Positions 61,234 to 64,000 of a stretch of 64,000 bases of DNA are shown here, piece by piece. The position numbers and the translations under genes are program-made. The notes under the pieces were generated by a model. That model did no database searches. It was given only the letters and a program-made list of their open reading frames with translations, and was not told the origin of the DNA. The stretch is from Felis catus (Eukaryota). Numbering within the stretch: position 1 is the stretch's first letter; each line of letters opens with the position of its first letter. The stretch spans positions 122,514,001-122,578,000 of the forward strand of contig NC_058368.1 of NCBI RefSeq assembly GCF_018350175.1. The letters run 5' to 3'.

Positions 61234-64000
61234 CTGCAAAAAGAAGTCCCAGGAGTCAAGACAAGCACGAGCCTCCCGGAGAGCCACTCCCCTGCCTCCA
61301 CAAACTGAGCCGGTAGTGCGCCACAGTGCTTGAAAGCCTACAAGATCTGGAGTGAGAGTCCTTGGATCCAAAGCTGGGCCGATTCACTTGGCTTCTCAGA
61401 GCCTCGCCCTCACTTCCCTTGGATGGTTCTCTCTCTCCCTGTGATTATCCCAACGTCTGCCTGTGATGGAAGCCTTTGCTCCCCAGTCTTCCCAGGCAGA
61501 TTCTCCGGCAAAACACAATCCCAACACCAATATGTCAGCATTAACCAGTAAAGGCAATTAGACATCAATCCTTTCCTGCGGCAACGGGTGGTCAGCGATG
61601 GCAATCCCACAAGGCATTTCTTACACTAGTAATTCCCAGGCTTCTCAGCAGAGACTTCTCTTATTATCTATTTCTTCCATCCCACCCGAAAGTAGAATCT
61701 ATGTGTTCACATGTGCTAACCAACTCGGCTGAATTTTTTCAGGAAGAAATAATGAGTCTCCCCTTACTTTATCAACAAAGCAGGGTCTTTACAGCTCAGG
61801 CTCAAACGGCCTGGGTTGGAGTTCTGGTTCTGCCAGCTAGAAGCTGGGTGACCTGAGGTACGTTACACAACCTCCCCAAATCTCAGTTTCCAGTCTACCA
61901 AGGGGGAAGAGTGACAGGACCTGGCACACAGGGCTGTTGTGATTATGGGCTCATCCTTTAAGGCAACTGCCCCACTCCTGGTCCTCGCAGCCTGGCTACT
62001 GGTCTTACTGCCGATCACATCCCTACGGGGGTGAGAGAGCCTGTGTTGCTGCCCAAAGCCCAACTCAGTCCTATTCAGCCCGCAGCAGAGACACTAGTGT
62101 TCTCCCATTCAATCAGCAGCAGCTCCTTTTTGGATGGATATGACATTCTGGTTAGCCTATGCAGCCCATCACTTTTAAAAATACCAAAAATAGCTTGCAG
62201 ATGCCCGGTGCTTGCATAATGTAAACCAGCCACTGCCCTTGGTGGGTGCGGCTCAGCCGACAGACTCTAAAACTTGGCAGGGCCCTGCTGGCGGCTCCCA
62301 AGCTGCCCTTTGTTCCAAAGGGATGAGCCCCTGGAGCCCCTGACCACAGGCGAATGTGGCCACCTCCCTGCATCGCCCAGACTTCTGGAGCAAACCTGGG
62401 GTTCAGCTCTCTGCACAACATCACTGGAGAAGGTGGCCGGGTGTGCTCTGCCTTGAAGAGGGGTAGGTCCCTCCTACGCCCATCCCACCCTCTTTACACC
62501 TGTGCTGACCACGCCACTCCCCACGCCCTCGGTCCTGGCACCCGTGATCCCGTGCCCTCGTGGCACAGCAGGTTTCCAGGACCTTGACAGCATGACTATC
62601 TTTGGAAGGTTACATCACCCTCCAGCTTCACCCAAAAGGGTTTCCAGGATTGTCCAGATCTGCGGCAGAGAGGCTTTTTACTAAAAAGGAGACGGGAACA
62701 GGAGTGGGGTGGGGGGGGAAGGGGGGGTTGGAAAAACAAACCAGGGAACAAAAATAGACTTTGCTCAGAAATCCCCTGGCTGCTGCTACAGGAATCAATC
62801 TTGCCAGCAAATTGCTACAATGACCAGCATTTAGGAAAAGTTTCACCAACAGTGCTGATCACCCTGGCCCTACTCACAGCATGTAAACAGCTTTCCAATC
62901 CTTCACATGGAAGCAGCCAGTAGCTTAACCTCTCTGAGCTTCAGTTTCTTCCACCAGCAACACTACCAACTGCCCAGAGCAGCAGCAAGGACAACTGAGG
63001 TAATCAGCACAGTTCTAGGTATAAGCTAGGGCTCCACAGAAAGGACCCATAATACATATTATGAAATAGGTATAAATTATTTTAACTGGGAAATGATATC
63101 ATTAGACACAGAGGAGTTTCTGGGGTTCTGACAGTGCTCTGCTTCTCCAAGTGGGTGCTGGTTACACAAGTGTATTCGGCTTGTGAAAAACCCTTGTATC
63201 TTTATGATTGGGGCACTTTTCTGTATGTGTGTTACATTTTCATTTTATAAAGCCTCTAGAAGAGATGGGCAACAGGGATACACGGACGTCTGGTTCTGCC
63301 TCCTCTTACCTGCTGTAGAGTGTGGGGCTGGGGATAACAAAGCAAGAGCCAGGCTCCCTTCACCCACACAGAGCGCTCTCAACACACCCCAGGTGCCAAC
63401 CCCAGGCTGGCCTCCCAAAGCCAATATGCTGTCAGCCACACGGGCAGCCACGTCCCCACTCTGTGTCCTGTGTCAGCAGCTGAAGCTGCCGACATCCCAA
63501 ACACATGCAATCAGCCACTAGTGACCTTTTATTCACTCGTCAGGGGCTAAGAAGTCACTATTCATCACCCATCTTACATGTGGGAAACTCCCATTCCTGG
63601 ACTTCATCACACAAAGCGACAGACATAATGTCTGTGAGACGCCCACTCCCCCTACTATCCATATCGCTAATATTTTATTTTGCAGGACTCAGAATATAAC
63701 ATGGACATGTCTTTAAGATTCACACTGATTAAGAAAGGATTTGGGGATTTACCTCTCCAGCTGAATAACTGTGGAGTACACTCCAACCCGTGTTATCTTT
63801 AGAGAGATTAGGGATCAGAAGTAAACATTTCCCTTACATTTCTTTTCTCAGAGTCCCCTGAGTTGGGTCAGTCAGAAGCAGTCTTTGGAAAAAAGGTTCT
63901 GGGATTGCTATCTGGTATTCACAGAGACTCTCACCTTCCAGCAATACTTGCTCATATACACCGTGTGCACATGTGCCTAGGAAAGGCGGGCTGAACACAA

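Overview
Mammalian genomic DNA from a carnivore, very probably a felid, judged from the dense Can-SINE/SINEC_Fc-type tRNA-derived SINEs. It holds the 3' halves of two convergent genes. STK32A (YANK1 Ser/Thr kinase, + strand) has 7 coding exons from 6416 to the TGA ending at 38625 and a likely long 3'UTR to about 42036. DPYSL3 (CRMP4, - strand) has 7 coding exons from 61233 down to the TAA at 47998 and a 3'UTR to about 44770. All 14 exons have GT-AG boundaries with consistent phases. The rest is intronic or intergenic: about 18 Can-SINEs, several L1 fragments, MIR/L2/MER/MLT relics, microsatellites and a tailless 5S rRNA retropseudogene. I found no new gene, CRISPR array or novel multi-gene system. 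The most interesting signals are smaller: a duplicated poly(A)-signal cassette in the STK32A 3'UTR, a cluster of miR-132/212 seed matches in the DPYSL3 3'UTR, a near-consensus CTCF motif inside DPYSL3 coding sequence, an unspliced homolog of a human alternative STK32A exon, inverted SINE pairs around DPYSL3 exons, and several retrotransposition footprints. Gene and repeat names come from recognition and memory, not database searches; boundaries of old repeats are approximate.
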